DNA of 64,000 nt, from NCBI GenBank assembly GCA_035501255.1, contig DATJWM010000086.1, positions 8,203 through 72,202 on the forward strand. Direction: 5' to 3'. The notes beneath the pieces were generated by a model. It ran no database searches. It saw nothing but the letters and a program-made list of their open reading frames with translations, and was not told where the DNA came from. The translations under genes and the position numbers were made by a program. This DNA comes from Mycobacteriales bacterium. GTDB lineage: Bacteria; Actinomycetota; Actinomycetes; JAFAQI01. Below are positions 48,501 to 57,154 of the stretch, piece after piece. Every line of letters begins with the position of its first letter. Position 1 is the first letter of the stretch.

Positions 48501-49982
48501 TCATGGGCGCAACTCGCCGATCGCGAGGTGCTTGAGCTCCTGGAAGGCACGGATGCCGTCAACACCGCGCTCCCTGCCCAAGCCGCTCTGCTTGTATCCA
48601 CCGCCGGGGGCGTAGGCGCTGAACAAGCCAATGTTGACGTTGACCGCGCCGCTCCGAAGGCGCCGCGCGACCGCGGACGCCGATGCGACGTCGGTCCCGT
48701 AGACCTGCGCCGAGAGCCCATAAATGCTGTCGTTGGCCATTTCCACTGCATGATCAAGGTCGCGATACCCGATCACCGACAGCACGGGGCCGAAGATCTC
48801 CTCGCGCGCGGCCGGGTTGCTGTTGTCGGGAACGTCGAGAACCGTCGGCTCGAAGTAGTACCCGTGAGCGAGATGCGCCGGCCGCTTCCCGCCGAACGCG
48901 ACCGTGCCGCCGTACTCGGTGGCCAGTTCCACGTAGTGCTCGCACCGTGCCCGAGCGCTGGCGTTGATGACCGGTCCGATCAAGGTCGTCGGCTCGGTCG
49001 GGGGCCCCACCGCGAGCGCGCCGTACATCCCCGCCACCTTCGCGAGCACCTCGTCCTTGCTCTCCTGCGGCACGAACATGCGGGTCGCCGCGACGCAGGC
49101 CTGGCCTGACGTCATGGCCACCACCGCCGCGGCGCCCGTCGGCGCCCTGTCGACCGCATCCGGCAAGTAGATCTGCGCCGACTTGCCGCCGAGCTCGAGT
49201 GCGACCCGCTTCACGGTGTGAGCACCCTGGGCGAGGATCTGCTTGCCCACCGCGGTCGAACCGGTGAAGGACACCATGTCGACGCGCGGATCCTGCGTGA
49301 GCCGCTCGGCCACGGCGGAACCAGCCTCCGCCACCACGCTGAGCACGCCAGGAGGGATGCCCGCAGCATCCGCAGCGGACCCGAGCGCAAGCGAGGAGAT
49401 CGGGGTCAGGGGGCTGGGACGCAGGACCACCGAGTTGCCGGCCAACAACGCCGGAACGATCTTCTGAAAGGCCATGATGATCGCGGCGTTGTACGGCGTG
49501 ATGGCGGCGACTACCCCCGCCGGTTCCCAGCGCCGGACGCTCAGGGCGAGGCGACCGTCGGTCAGCTCATCAAGTGGCACCTGGTTGACCTGCTCGTCGG
49601 ACATCGACCGGTAGATGTCGATCAGGCCACGGGCGAGGGAGAGACCGCCACGCAACTGAGTCGTTTCGGCAAACCGGGTCGGTTGCCCGGCCTCGGCCAC
49701 CATGGTCGCGACGAGCGAGTCACCGAGCGACTCGACGTAATCGCAGAGCGCGCTGACCGCAGCCGCCCGCTCTCGCCGGTCCCGATCGGCCCACACGCCG
49801 CTGTCGAAGGAGCGCCGCGCGCCCGCGATCGCCTCGTCGGCGTCCGCCTCCGACGCGCCCAGCACCTCGCACACGGGCTGCTCGTCGGCCGGGTTCTCGA
49901 CCTCGAACGGTACGCCGTCGCTCGACCATCGACCCGCCAGGTAAGAGGCGCGCTCACCGATCAGGGTCGACATCCGGACCAT
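48501..49982 (-). CDS. Aldehyde dehydrogenase family protein
   Basis: 'VSFTGSTAVGKQI', 'ELGGKSAQI', 'MTSGQACVAATRMFV' (catalytic Cys), 'EEIFGPVLSV'. Confidence 0.9.
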   Translation of the reverse strand: MVRMSTLIGERASYLAGRWSSDGVPFEVENPADEQPVCEVLGASEADADEAIAGARRSFDSGVWADRDRRERAAAVSALCDYVESLGDSLVATMVAEAGQPTRFAETTQLRGGLSLARGLIDIYRSMSDEQVNQVPLDELTDGRLALSVRRWEPAGVVAAITPYNAAIIMAFQKIVPALLAGNSVVLRPSPLTPISSLALGSAADAAGIPPGVLSVVAEAGSAVAERLTQDPRVDMVSFTGSTAVGKQILAQGAHTVKRVALELGGKSAQIYLPDAVDRAPTGAAAVVAMTSGQACVAATRMFVPQESKDEVLAKVAGMYGALAVGPPTEPTTLIGPVINASARARCEHYVELATEYGGTVAFGGKRPAHLAHGYYFEPTVLDVPDNSNPAAREEIFGPVLSVIGYRDLDHAVEMANDSIYGLSAQVYGTDVASASAVARRLRSGAVNVNIGLFSAYAPGGGYKQSGLGRERGVDGIRAFQELKHLAIGELRP

Positions 49983-50138
49983 CCTCCGCTAGAACGGTGT
50001 TCTACCAAATCAGGACACCATAGTTCGTGTCAAGATGATCCGGTGTTGATCGGCGTCGCTCACGGGTGGGCGCGCGGGGGAACCAGGAGGCCGAACGGTG
50101 ATTGCGACAGCCATTGCCGCCACGCGGCACGACCCTCG

Positions 50139-51185
50139 ATGACCGTTCCGGTCCCCGACACGCTCGAGGAGGCACTCTCGCCGAGGTGGCTCTCGGCCGC
50201 ACTGCGCCCGCACCTCGGCGACATCGACGTCGTGGACGTCATTCCCGGGCCGGTTGTCAGCCGGATCACGACCAACGCCCGCTTCCGCATTGTGTGCTCG
50301 CGCCCGCTGCCGCCCACCTTCTCTGCGGACCTGTGCGTCAAGGGGTACTTCAACGACCTCGGCCGCGCGGCGCGCGTCGCCGGACCGCCCGAGGCGCTCT
50401 TCTACCGCGACCTCGCCGGCGAGGTCGGACTTCGGACGCTGCGCGCGGTGTACGCCGACGTCGACCGCGACTCCGGTCACGGCGTGATCGTCACCAGGGA
50501 CGTGATTGTGGACGGTACGTCGTTCCTTTCGGCGGCGAGCGAGTTCAGCGTCGACCAAGCGGCGACCAGCCTCGGCGAGCTAGCGCGCCTGCACGCCGCG
50601 ACCTGGAACCGCACCGACCTCGCCGAGCAACCGTGGCTGGCAAGTCGGTTCGACCGGATCGCCTGGCCGTCGAATGACGAACAGATTCGGCGGCAGTTCG
50701 CCGGACCCAACGCAGCAAACATGCCGGCCGCGGCGCGTGACGCGGATCGACTGCTCGCGGCATACCGCATCGTCGAGCAGCTGGCCTCGACCGCCGACCC
50801 GTGGTGCGTCATTCACGGCGATCCTCATCCGGGGAACCTGATCATCGATCGCGCCGGATGCCCGGGGTTCATCGACTGGCAGTTGGTCCAGTGCGGCCCG
50901 TGGTTCATCGACGTCGGGTATCACCTCGCGGCCGCGCTCACCACCGAGCAGCGCAGGACAGCGGGACACTCGCTGGTTCTGCACTACCTCGACGAGCTAT
51001 CCGGACACGGCATCATTCCCCCGGGCGAGCGCGATGCGTGGCAGGCCATCCGCGCTGGCATGGTCCACGGCTTGTTTCTCTGGGCTATCACCCGTTACGT
51101 CGATCCGCCGACGATCGCGATCATGTTGGAGCGTCTCGGCACCGCGGTGGTCGACCACGACGCGTTCGCATTGACGCCGGCCTGA
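50139..51185 (+). CDS. Phosphotransferase (APH/choline-kinase-like) family protein
   Basis: Start ATG 50139 ('MTVPVPDTLEEAL'). Brenner motif 'CVIHGDPHPGNLIID', 'FIDWQLV'. The upstream part of ORF 49218-51185 is antisense to the ALDH gene. Confidence 0.65.
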   Translation: MTVPVPDTLEEALSPRWLSAALRPHLGDIDVVDVIPGPVVSRITTNARFRIVCSRPLPPTFSADLCVKGYFNDLGRAARVAGPPEALFYRDLAGEVGLRTLRAVYADVDRDSGHGVIVTRDVIVDGTSFLSAASEFSVDQAATSLGELARLHAATWNRTDLAEQPWLASRFDRIAWPSNDEQIRRQFAGPNAANMPAAARDADRLLAAYRIVEQLASTADPWCVIHGDPHPGNLIIDRAGCPGFIDWQLVQCGPWFIDVGYHLAAALTTEQRRTAGHSLVLHYLDELSGHGIIPPGERDAWQAIRAGMVHGLFLWAITRYVDPPTIAIMLERLGTAVVDHDAFALTPA

Positions 51186-51198
51186 GTACATTCTTGGT

Positions 51199-51978
51199 GT
51201 GTCGCGTCGCGAACTCGAAGCGGCCATGGGGCTCGTGATCACCAGCACGGACGCCGCGGAGCGGTTCCGTGCCGATCCGGTGCGCTTTGCCGGCGACCTC
51301 GAGATGACCGACGTCGAACGTCGTTGGCTGGTCGAGATGGTCACCGACCTGACCGGGCTCACTCCGAGCTTCGTGGAGAAGCGGCGCCGCCAGCTGTCAA
51401 ACGCGGCGAACCTCACCCTTCGGTTCCTCGGAAGCCGCGGTGACCGCTGGCTGGACAGGTACATCGAGGCCAACCCGCCGGTGCCTGTCGTTGCCGATGA
51501 CCCGGCGCGGTGGATCAGTTGGCTCGTGGCCGAGATCGACGCCCACTCTGCCGACATTGATGGCGTCGCGCTGATCCGCTCGATGGCACAGCTGGATCAC
51601 ATGCGCCACCGCGCGTTTCGGACACCAGGACCGTTGACGCACCACGACGTCGGGGGACCGCCGTCCGCCTCGACGCCGCTTCGGCTCGCCGCCCCCACCG
51701 ACCTCGGCCGATTCGACTACGACGTACGCAAGCTCCGGGACATCCCACCCGAAACCGCCGCGCAGGTCCCCCCGGACCCGTGCTACTTGCTCGTCTACCG
51801 CCAGCCCGGTGGGCGAGTGATGTTCGAGCGAATCGAGAACGAGGCAGTCCTCGACGCGTTGATCGACCTTTCCGGACAGGCCCATCCGATTGACGATCTG
51901 GTTAGCGTGAGCCATCACCCCGACGGGCTGCGGGCCCGGCTGACCCGACTCTACGAAATGGGGGCGTTGACAACATGA
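51199..51978 (+). CDS. Hypothetical protein (possible DUF692 partner, MbnC/DUF2063-like; unverified)
   Basis: 259 aa with no recognised motifs. Sits 13 nt after the kinase and overlaps the DUF692 start (ATGA). Confidence 0.4.
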   Translation: MSRRELEAAMGLVITSTDAAERFRADPVRFAGDLEMTDVERRWLVEMVTDLTGLTPSFVEKRRRQLSNAANLTLRFLGSRGDRWLDRYIEANPPVPVVADDPARWISWLVAEIDAHSADIDGVALIRSMAQLDHMRHRAFRTPGPLTHHDVGGPPSASTPLRLAAPTDLGRFDYDVRKLRDIPPETAAQVPPDPCYLLVYRQPGGRVMFERIENEAVLDALIDLSGQAHPIDDLVSVSHHPDGLRARLTRLYEMGALTT

Positions 51979-52820
51979 CGGCGACGCCGCTGATTGGAGC
52001 GGGCTTCCGACCGGAACTTCCCGGGTTGTTCAACGACCCGGCGGCCGCCGGAATCGACGTGGCTGAACTGATCGCGGATCGGTACTTCGCCGCGGAGGGA
52101 TTCAACCGAGCGTGGGAGCTCGACCTGCTCCGAGAACACCAGGTGCCCACCGTTATCCACGGTCTGTCCGGCAACGCCGCCTCCGCGACCGGTCCGACCC
52201 GTGAGTACCTCGCCACCATCCGGACGCTCGCGGACGCGGTGGACTGCATCGCCTACAGCGACCACCTCGCGCTCACCGGCACGACCGAGCGCTCGCTTGG
52301 CCACCTCGCTCCCAACCGGTTCGACGACGACCTGCTCGCTCATGTCGTGACCAACATCGATCTGATGGCAGACATGACCGACCGGCGACCGAGGCTGGAA
52401 AACCTCGCGACGACGATCATGATGAGCGGATCGACGTACTCCGTTGAAGAGTTCTATCTGCGTCTGTTGGATGCCAGCGACAGGTGGGATTGCCTGGTCG
52501 ACGTCACGAACCTCTGGATCAACGCGCAGAACCGCGAGCTCGACCCGTACGCCTTTGTCGATGCGATCCCGCCGGACCGGCTCCGCTACGTCCACCTTGC
52601 CGGCGGTCACTTCATGCACGGTGAGTGGGTCGACTCACACTCGCACGCCGTGCATGACGGCGCGTTCGACATCCTCGAGCACCTTCTGACGCACGCCGTT
52701 CCCGACGTGATCATCGTCGAGCGCGATACCAACTGGGAAGGGGCCGAGGAGCAGGTGCGCGCCGACATCGCCCGCGCACGCTCACTCGTCGCCGCCTCTC
52801 CTCTCCTCGTGGCCGCCTGA
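51975..52820 (+). CDS. DUF692 (UPF0276; MbnB/TglH-like multinuclear non-heme iron enzyme, TIM-barrel)
   Basis: 281 aa: 'IGAGFRPEL', 'PTVIHGLSGN', 'SDHLALTG', 'LENLATTIMMSGSTYSVEEFY', 'LVDVTNLWINAQN', 'VHLAGGH', 'IIVERDTNW'. These are the conserved metal-ligand / TIM-barrel motifs of DUF692. Confidence 0.75.
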   Translation: MTATPLIGAGFRPELPGLFNDPAAAGIDVAELIADRYFAAEGFNRAWELDLLREHQVPTVIHGLSGNAASATGPTREYLATIRTLADAVDCIAYSDHLALTGTTERSLGHLAPNRFDDDLLAHVVTNIDLMADMTDRRPRLENLATTIMMSGSTYSVEEFYLRLLDASDRWDCLVDVTNLWINAQNRELDPYAFVDAIPPDRLRYVHLAGGHFMHGEWVDSHSHAVHDGAFDILEHLLTHAVPDVIIVERDTNWEGAEEQVRADIARARSLVAASPLLVAA

Positions 52821-52821
52821 C

Positions 52822-54066
52822 ATGAGTCAGATCGACGGTCAGGTCGAACCCGGCGTCGCACTCACCGACCCGTGCGAGACCGCTCGAGTGGTGGGTGAGC
52901 GAGCCGCGCCGTACGTCGCGATTCACGACCGCGAAGGAAGTTTCGTCGTGGAGGGGTACACCGCGGTCCGCGAGAGCGGGTACGGCGTCCTTGCGATTCC
53001 GGCCGATCTCGGTGGTGACGACGCCGACCTCGGGGAGGTGTGTCGGGCGCAGCAGGTTCTTGCCGGCTACTGCGCGAGCACGGCACTTGCCATCGCCATG
53101 CACCACCACACCGTGCTGTCGCTGGCCGTTCGTTGGCGTGCAGGGGACGACGCTGTGGGGACCTTCCTTCAGCGGGTTGCCAGCGAGAACCTGATCCTGT
53201 GCTCGAGCGGCACCGTCGACCCCTCGAAACCCGGCCTGCGCGCCACTCGGGTTGCGGGCGGCTTCCGAGTCTCCGGTCGCCGGCCCTACGCCAGCGGTGT
53301 GCCCGGTGCCGACTTCTTGCTTGCGCTCGCCGGCGACACCAACGGCGAGTGGATCATCAACGTAGTCATCGATCCCGCCGCTGATGGAGTCGTCATCCAC
53401 GACGACTGGAACGGCATGGGGATGCGCGGATCCGGGTCAAATTCGGTCACGCTCAGCGACGTCTTCGTCGCCGACGCGGACACGTACATGCAACGCCCCT
53501 GGCCGCGGCGCGGGCGTCGGCCGCGAGCGGGGGCCGACGGCGCCCAAACGCCTGCACCGCCCCAGGGCACGGTGTCTCCGGCACTGCGACGGCTCCCGTT
53601 GCGGATCCATGGCCTGATGGTGGCGCTTCCGGTGATCACCGCGGTGTACGTCGGTGCAGGCACTGCGATGTACGAACGGGCGGTAGCCCTCCTGAGCGAA
53701 GGTCGACGCGCACACGAAGAGGTCACCTACCGCCTGGTCGGCGAGATGGCCTCCCACCAGCACACGGCTGCGACGGCGCTCGAATCGATGGTCAGTGAGG
53801 TCCACGACGACGCGCTCGGATCCGAAGACCTCTACGTGCGGGTCATGCTGGCCAAACGTCAGGCCGTGCTGGCGTCGATCTCGACGGTGGAGCTTGGGAT
53901 GGAAGCGCTCGGAGCCATGTCCTATGACCGCGACCAACCTTTCGAGCAGGCGCTGCGTGATCTTCGGGCCGGCATCACCCACCCGCTCCCACCTGAACAC
54001 ACCCTCCGCGGAGTCGGTCGCTCGATCATGGTCCGTGCCGACTGGGCTCGCGGAGCGACCGACTGA
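52822..54066 (+). CDS. Acyl-CoA dehydrogenase family (ACAD-like flavoenzyme)
   Basis: 414 aa: 'AIPADLGGDDADL', 'HDDWNGMGMRGSGSNSVTLSDVFV'. Contains a Pro/Arg-rich insertion 'RPWPRRGRRPRAGADG'. Confidence 0.6.
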   Translation: MSQIDGQVEPGVALTDPCETARVVGERAAPYVAIHDREGSFVVEGYTAVRESGYGVLAIPADLGGDDADLGEVCRAQQVLAGYCASTALAIAMHHHTVLSLAVRWRAGDDAVGTFLQRVASENLILCSSGTVDPSKPGLRATRVAGGFRVSGRRPYASGVPGADFLLALAGDTNGEWIINVVIDPAADGVVIHDDWNGMGMRGSGSNSVTLSDVFVADADTYMQRPWPRRGRRPRAGADGAQTPAPPQGTVSPALRRLPLRIHGLMVALPVITAVYVGAGTAMYERAVALLSEGRRAHEEVTYRLVGEMASHQHTAATALESMVSEVHDDALGSEDLYVRVMLAKRQAVLASISTVELGMEALGAMSYDRDQPFEQALRDLRAGITHPLPPEHTLRGVGRSIMVRADWARGATD

Positions 54067-55178
54067 TGGGGAAGAAGTCGACGACCTCCGGCACCAAGGC
54101 CCGCAAGCACAAGAGGAACAAGAAGGTCGAAAGCCGCGGCAACGATCACCCCAACAGCACCGGCCGCCCGGAGAACGAACAGGTGTCGCCGGACTGGCAG
54201 CAGTGGGCGGCGCAGCGGCTCCTCAGCGGCGCACCTCTTGCCGAGGTGATCGCGGCCCTGGTCGCATCGGGGGTGTCCGAACACACGGCCGCGACGCTGT
54301 GCGCGCACACCTATGCCGATCCAATCTTCGACGCGGCGCGGTCGGTCTCCCAACAACTGCGAAAGATCAACTCCACGCTGGCGATTCGCGCCTCGCTCGC
54401 CGCGTTGAATCCCGCGCTGGCGGACGTCGAACGGCGCAGTCGGTTGAGCGCCCGCTCCTTCGTGGAGAAGTACTACGCCGCCAACCGACCGGTGGTTATC
54501 ACCGACGCCGCGAGCCGCTGGCCGGCGATCGAGCGCTGGACGCCCGACTACCTCGTCGAGCAGGTCGGCGGCGAGGAGGTGGAGGTGATGTCGGGCCGCG
54601 ACGCCGACCCCAACTACGAGGTCAACTCCGCCTCCCACAAACACGTCATGCCGTTCGACGAGTACGTGCGCAAGGTTGTCGACACGGGTGCCAGCAACGA
54701 CATCTATCTGGTTGCGAACAACCATCTACTGGACTCGGCTGCCGCCGACGGCCTGTGGTCCGACGTCACGTTGGATAAGCGCTATCTCAACCCGGCCCGC
54801 GCTCGCGGACACACGTTCCTGTGGTTCGGCCCAGCCGGCACCGTCACGCCGTTGCACCACGACACGATGAACGTCATGTTCCATCAGGTCCTCGGGCGAA
54901 AGCGGATCACGCTCATCTCGCCGCTGGACACGCGCTACCTCTACAACTCGCGGTCCGTGTACTCCGACGTTCGCCTCGAGGAACCCGACCTCGAGCGATT
55001 TCCGGAGTTCACCCGCGCGACCCGGACACAGGTCATCGTCGAGCCTGGAGAGGCGCTGTTCATCCCGGTCGGCTGGTGGCACCACGTTGAGGCTCTCGAT
55101 CTCAGCATCAGCGTGTCGAGCACCGCGTTCATTGCCGTCAACAGCTTCGACTGGTTCTTGCCCGACCCGGTCGGATGA
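54066..55178 (+). CDS. JmjC / cupin-8 family Fe(II)/2OG-type hydroxylase-like protein with Lys-rich N-terminal tail
   Basis: 370 aa: 'HTFLWFGPAGTVTPLHHDTMNVMFHQVLGRKRI', 'LFIPVGWWHHVEAL'. N-terminus 'MGKKSTTSGTKARKHKRNKKVE'. Confidence 0.65.
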   Translation: MGKKSTTSGTKARKHKRNKKVESRGNDHPNSTGRPENEQVSPDWQQWAAQRLLSGAPLAEVIAALVASGVSEHTAATLCAHTYADPIFDAARSVSQQLRKINSTLAIRASLAALNPALADVERRSRLSARSFVEKYYAANRPVVITDAASRWPAIERWTPDYLVEQVGGEEVEVMSGRDADPNYEVNSASHKHVMPFDEYVRKVVDTGASNDIYLVANNHLLDSAAADGLWSDVTLDKRYLNPARARGHTFLWFGPAGTVTPLHHDTMNVMFHQVLGRKRITLISPLDTRYLYNSRSVYSDVRLEEPDLERFPEFTRATRTQVIVEPGEALFIPVGWWHHVEALDLSISVSSTAFIAVNSFDWFLPDPVG

Positions 55179-56074
55179 CGGAGCCGGCACCGCCGAGGCG
55201 CCGCGGAGAGCCGCATCAAGGCCCGTTTCGGATTCTGGCGGCACCCGACCCGCGCGGCACGACGATCACGACCTGCGGCTTGGTCGCGACGTTGCCTCGC
55301 TCGGGCAGCTGGCTCCTCTCCGACGCTCTTGCATCGACCGGACTCGTGGGTCAACCGGCCGAATTCTTCCGGCCCGACTACCTCGCGGCGTACCGGCGCT
55401 CGTGGGGTCTTGCTGCGGATTGCTCGACGACCTCCTACGTCGAGGCGGCCATCGACCGCACGGCGTCGGACAGCGGCATCTTCACCGCGAAGTTGCACTG
55501 GTATCAGTTCGAGTGGTTGTGCGAGGAACTTGCGATCGAGCTCGGCGTCGAGTCCCCTCCAACACTCGACCTCATCGCTCCGTACTTTCCGCAACTGCGA
55601 GTCATTCGCCTGACTCGTCGCGACCGTGCCCGCCAGGCACTGTCGTACTACGTCGCGATTCACTCGCAGCGCTGGTTCGACCACGCCCCGCCCGCGGCCA
55701 GGCTGACCGACGATCCCGACTGGGCACCGGATCTCCAGCAGGTGCGGTTCCTCGACGATGCGCTGGCGAATCACGAATCCTGCTGGGAGCGGGTTCTCGC
55801 GAGTGCGTCAGCCCCGACCCTGACCGTCGCCTACGAGGACCTCGTCGCCGACCGGGAGCTGACCTTGACAACGGTGCTGCGCTTCCTCGGTGTTGAGGCC
55901 GATCCGCAACTGGTCAGTGCTCCGGCGGGTCTGAGTCGACAAGCCGGGAAATACACCGACATGTGGGTACGCCGCTACGAGGGGGTTCGTGACCTGCTGC
56001 AACCGCTCACGAGCGCGCACGTCTGGTCCGATCAGGTCGGCGGGTACGTGCCTCGGGACTCCGCCGACGGGTAG
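55175..56074 (+). CDS. Stf0-family sulfotransferase (PAPS-dependent carbohydrate sulfotransferase-like)
   Basis: 299 aa: 'TLPRSGSWLLSDALASTGLVGQPAEFF' (5'-PSB loop), 'TAKLHWYQFEWL', 'IRLTRRDRARQALSYYVAIHSQRW'. Start overlaps the JmjC stop. Confidence 0.6.
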   Translation: MTEPAPPRRRGEPHQGPFRILAAPDPRGTTITTCGLVATLPRSGSWLLSDALASTGLVGQPAEFFRPDYLAAYRRSWGLAADCSTTSYVEAAIDRTASDSGIFTAKLHWYQFEWLCEELAIELGVESPPTLDLIAPYFPQLRVIRLTRRDRARQALSYYVAIHSQRWFDHAPPAARLTDDPDWAPDLQQVRFLDDALANHESCWERVLASASAPTLTVAYEDLVADRELTLTTVLRFLGVEADPQLVSAPAGLSRQAGKYTDMWVRRYEGVRDLLQPLTSAHVWSDQVGGYVPRDSADG

Positions 56075-56214
56075 CGACCGTCACGCGCCAGCGAGGTGTG
56101 TCACACTCGCTGTCAACCCTGGGTGACATCGGGTTCGCCGAGCACTATCGTTCCCCACCGGAGCCCCAATCGTCGGGTGATCCAGGTCCACCGCCGCATT
56201 CCAGGGGTTGTGAC

Positions 56215-57108
56215 ATGTCAGAGGACGAGCTTGCCAGGCGCTACATCCAAGGGCGGATCGATCGACGGGCGTTGATTCGCGGGCTGGTTGGATCCGGCCT
56301 GACGATGGCGGCGGCCGCCACGTTCGCCGAGGCGCTCGCCACCCCGGCTGCGGCAGCAGCCACCGCCACGGTGGGGAAAGCCGGCTCGAAGAAGCCATCC
56401 AACCGACCGGTCATCTCCTCGCTCTCGCCGGACCATGGCACGACGCACGGCGGCACCAGGGTCACGATTCGCGGTCACCACCTCTCTGGCGCGACCGCGG
56501 TCCACTTCGGCGGCAAGAAGGCGAAGATCCACAAAGAGGTGTCATCCTCCGAACTTCAGGTGACCTCCCCCAAAGAGGGTTCGGGCACCGTGTTGGTGAC
56601 GGTGACGACCGGGCACGGGACGTCGGCCAAGACCGGCGCCTCGGCGTTCACTTACCACCACCCGGCGGCGCCCGTCGTCCACTCCGTGTCGCCGTCCTCG
56701 GGACCGGCAGCCGGCGGGACGACAGTGACAATCTCCGGTAGCAATCTGTCGAAGCCGAAGTCCGTGCACTTCGGATCCCACAAGGCAACGATCACAAGTT
56801 CCTCCGCCTCCAAGGTCGTCGTCACGTCTCCGGCGGGTACCGGACTGGTCGACGTGACCGTGACCACGACCGGTGGCACCTCACACAAGCACGCCTCGGC
56901 CTCCTTCACCTACACGTCGACGCCCACACCGACCCCCACACCGACCCCGACACCGACGCCGACTCCCGGATGTGGCTGCGGCGGGTGCGGCGGATGTGGC
57001 GGGTGCGGCTGCGGCGGCTGCGGCGGGTGCGGCTTCGGCTGCGGCGGCTGCGGCGGGTGCGGCGGATGCGGCTGCGGGTGCGGACCGAGCGGGAACGCGA
57101 AGAAGTAA
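56215..57108 (+). CDS. Tat-secreted protein with two IPT/TIG domains, (TP)10 linker and C-terminal poly(Cys-Gly-Gly) tail
   Basis: Start taken at ATG 56215 (the ORF opens at 56098). Tat signal 'DRRALIRGLVGSGLTMAAAATFAEALATPAA'. Two ~90-aa repeats 'PVISSLSPDHGTTHGGTRVTIRGHHLSGATAVHFGG..A' / 'PVVHSVSPSSGPAAGGTTVTISGSNLSKPKSVHFGS..A' (IPT/TIG). Then 'TPTPTPTPTPTPTPTPG' followed by 'CGCGGCGGCGGCGCGGCGGCGFGCGGCGGCGGCGCGCG' (14 Cys). Confidence 0.6.
   Translation: MSEDELARRYIQGRIDRRALIRGLVGSGLTMAAAATFAEALATPAAAAATATVGKAGSKKPSNRPVISSLSPDHGTTHGGTRVTIRGHHLSGATAVHFGGKKAKIHKEVSSSELQVTSPKEGSGTVLVTVTTGHGTSAKTGASAFTYHHPAAPVVHSVSPSSGPAAGGTTVTISGSNLSKPKSVHFGSHKATITSSSASKVVVTSPAGTGLVDVTVTTTGGTSHKHASASFTYTSTPTPTPTPTPTPTPTPGCGCGGCGGCGGCGCGGCGGCGFGCGGCGGCGGCGCGCGPSGNAKK
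56917..57084. repeat. Coding microsatellite: (ACNCCN)n followed by (TGCGGCGGC)n-like GC-rich tandem repeat
   Basis: 56917-56966 encodes (TP)n. 56968-57084 is an imperfect tandem repeat of 'ggctgcggcgggtgcggcgga'. It is open in several frames on both strands (spurious ORFs 56873-57151, 56906-57115, 56970-57266). Confidence 0.8.
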
Positions 57109-57154
57109 CCACCACCAGCGCGGGTCAGGTCGATCGGCCCTCAGGGAATAGCGA

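Noticed and set aside
49218-50138. N-terminal 307 codons of ORF 49218-51185
   Set aside because: Overlaps the aldehyde dehydrogenase gene on the opposite strand. The kinase domain begins at the internal ATG 50139, preceded by the ALDH/kinase divergent intergenic region.
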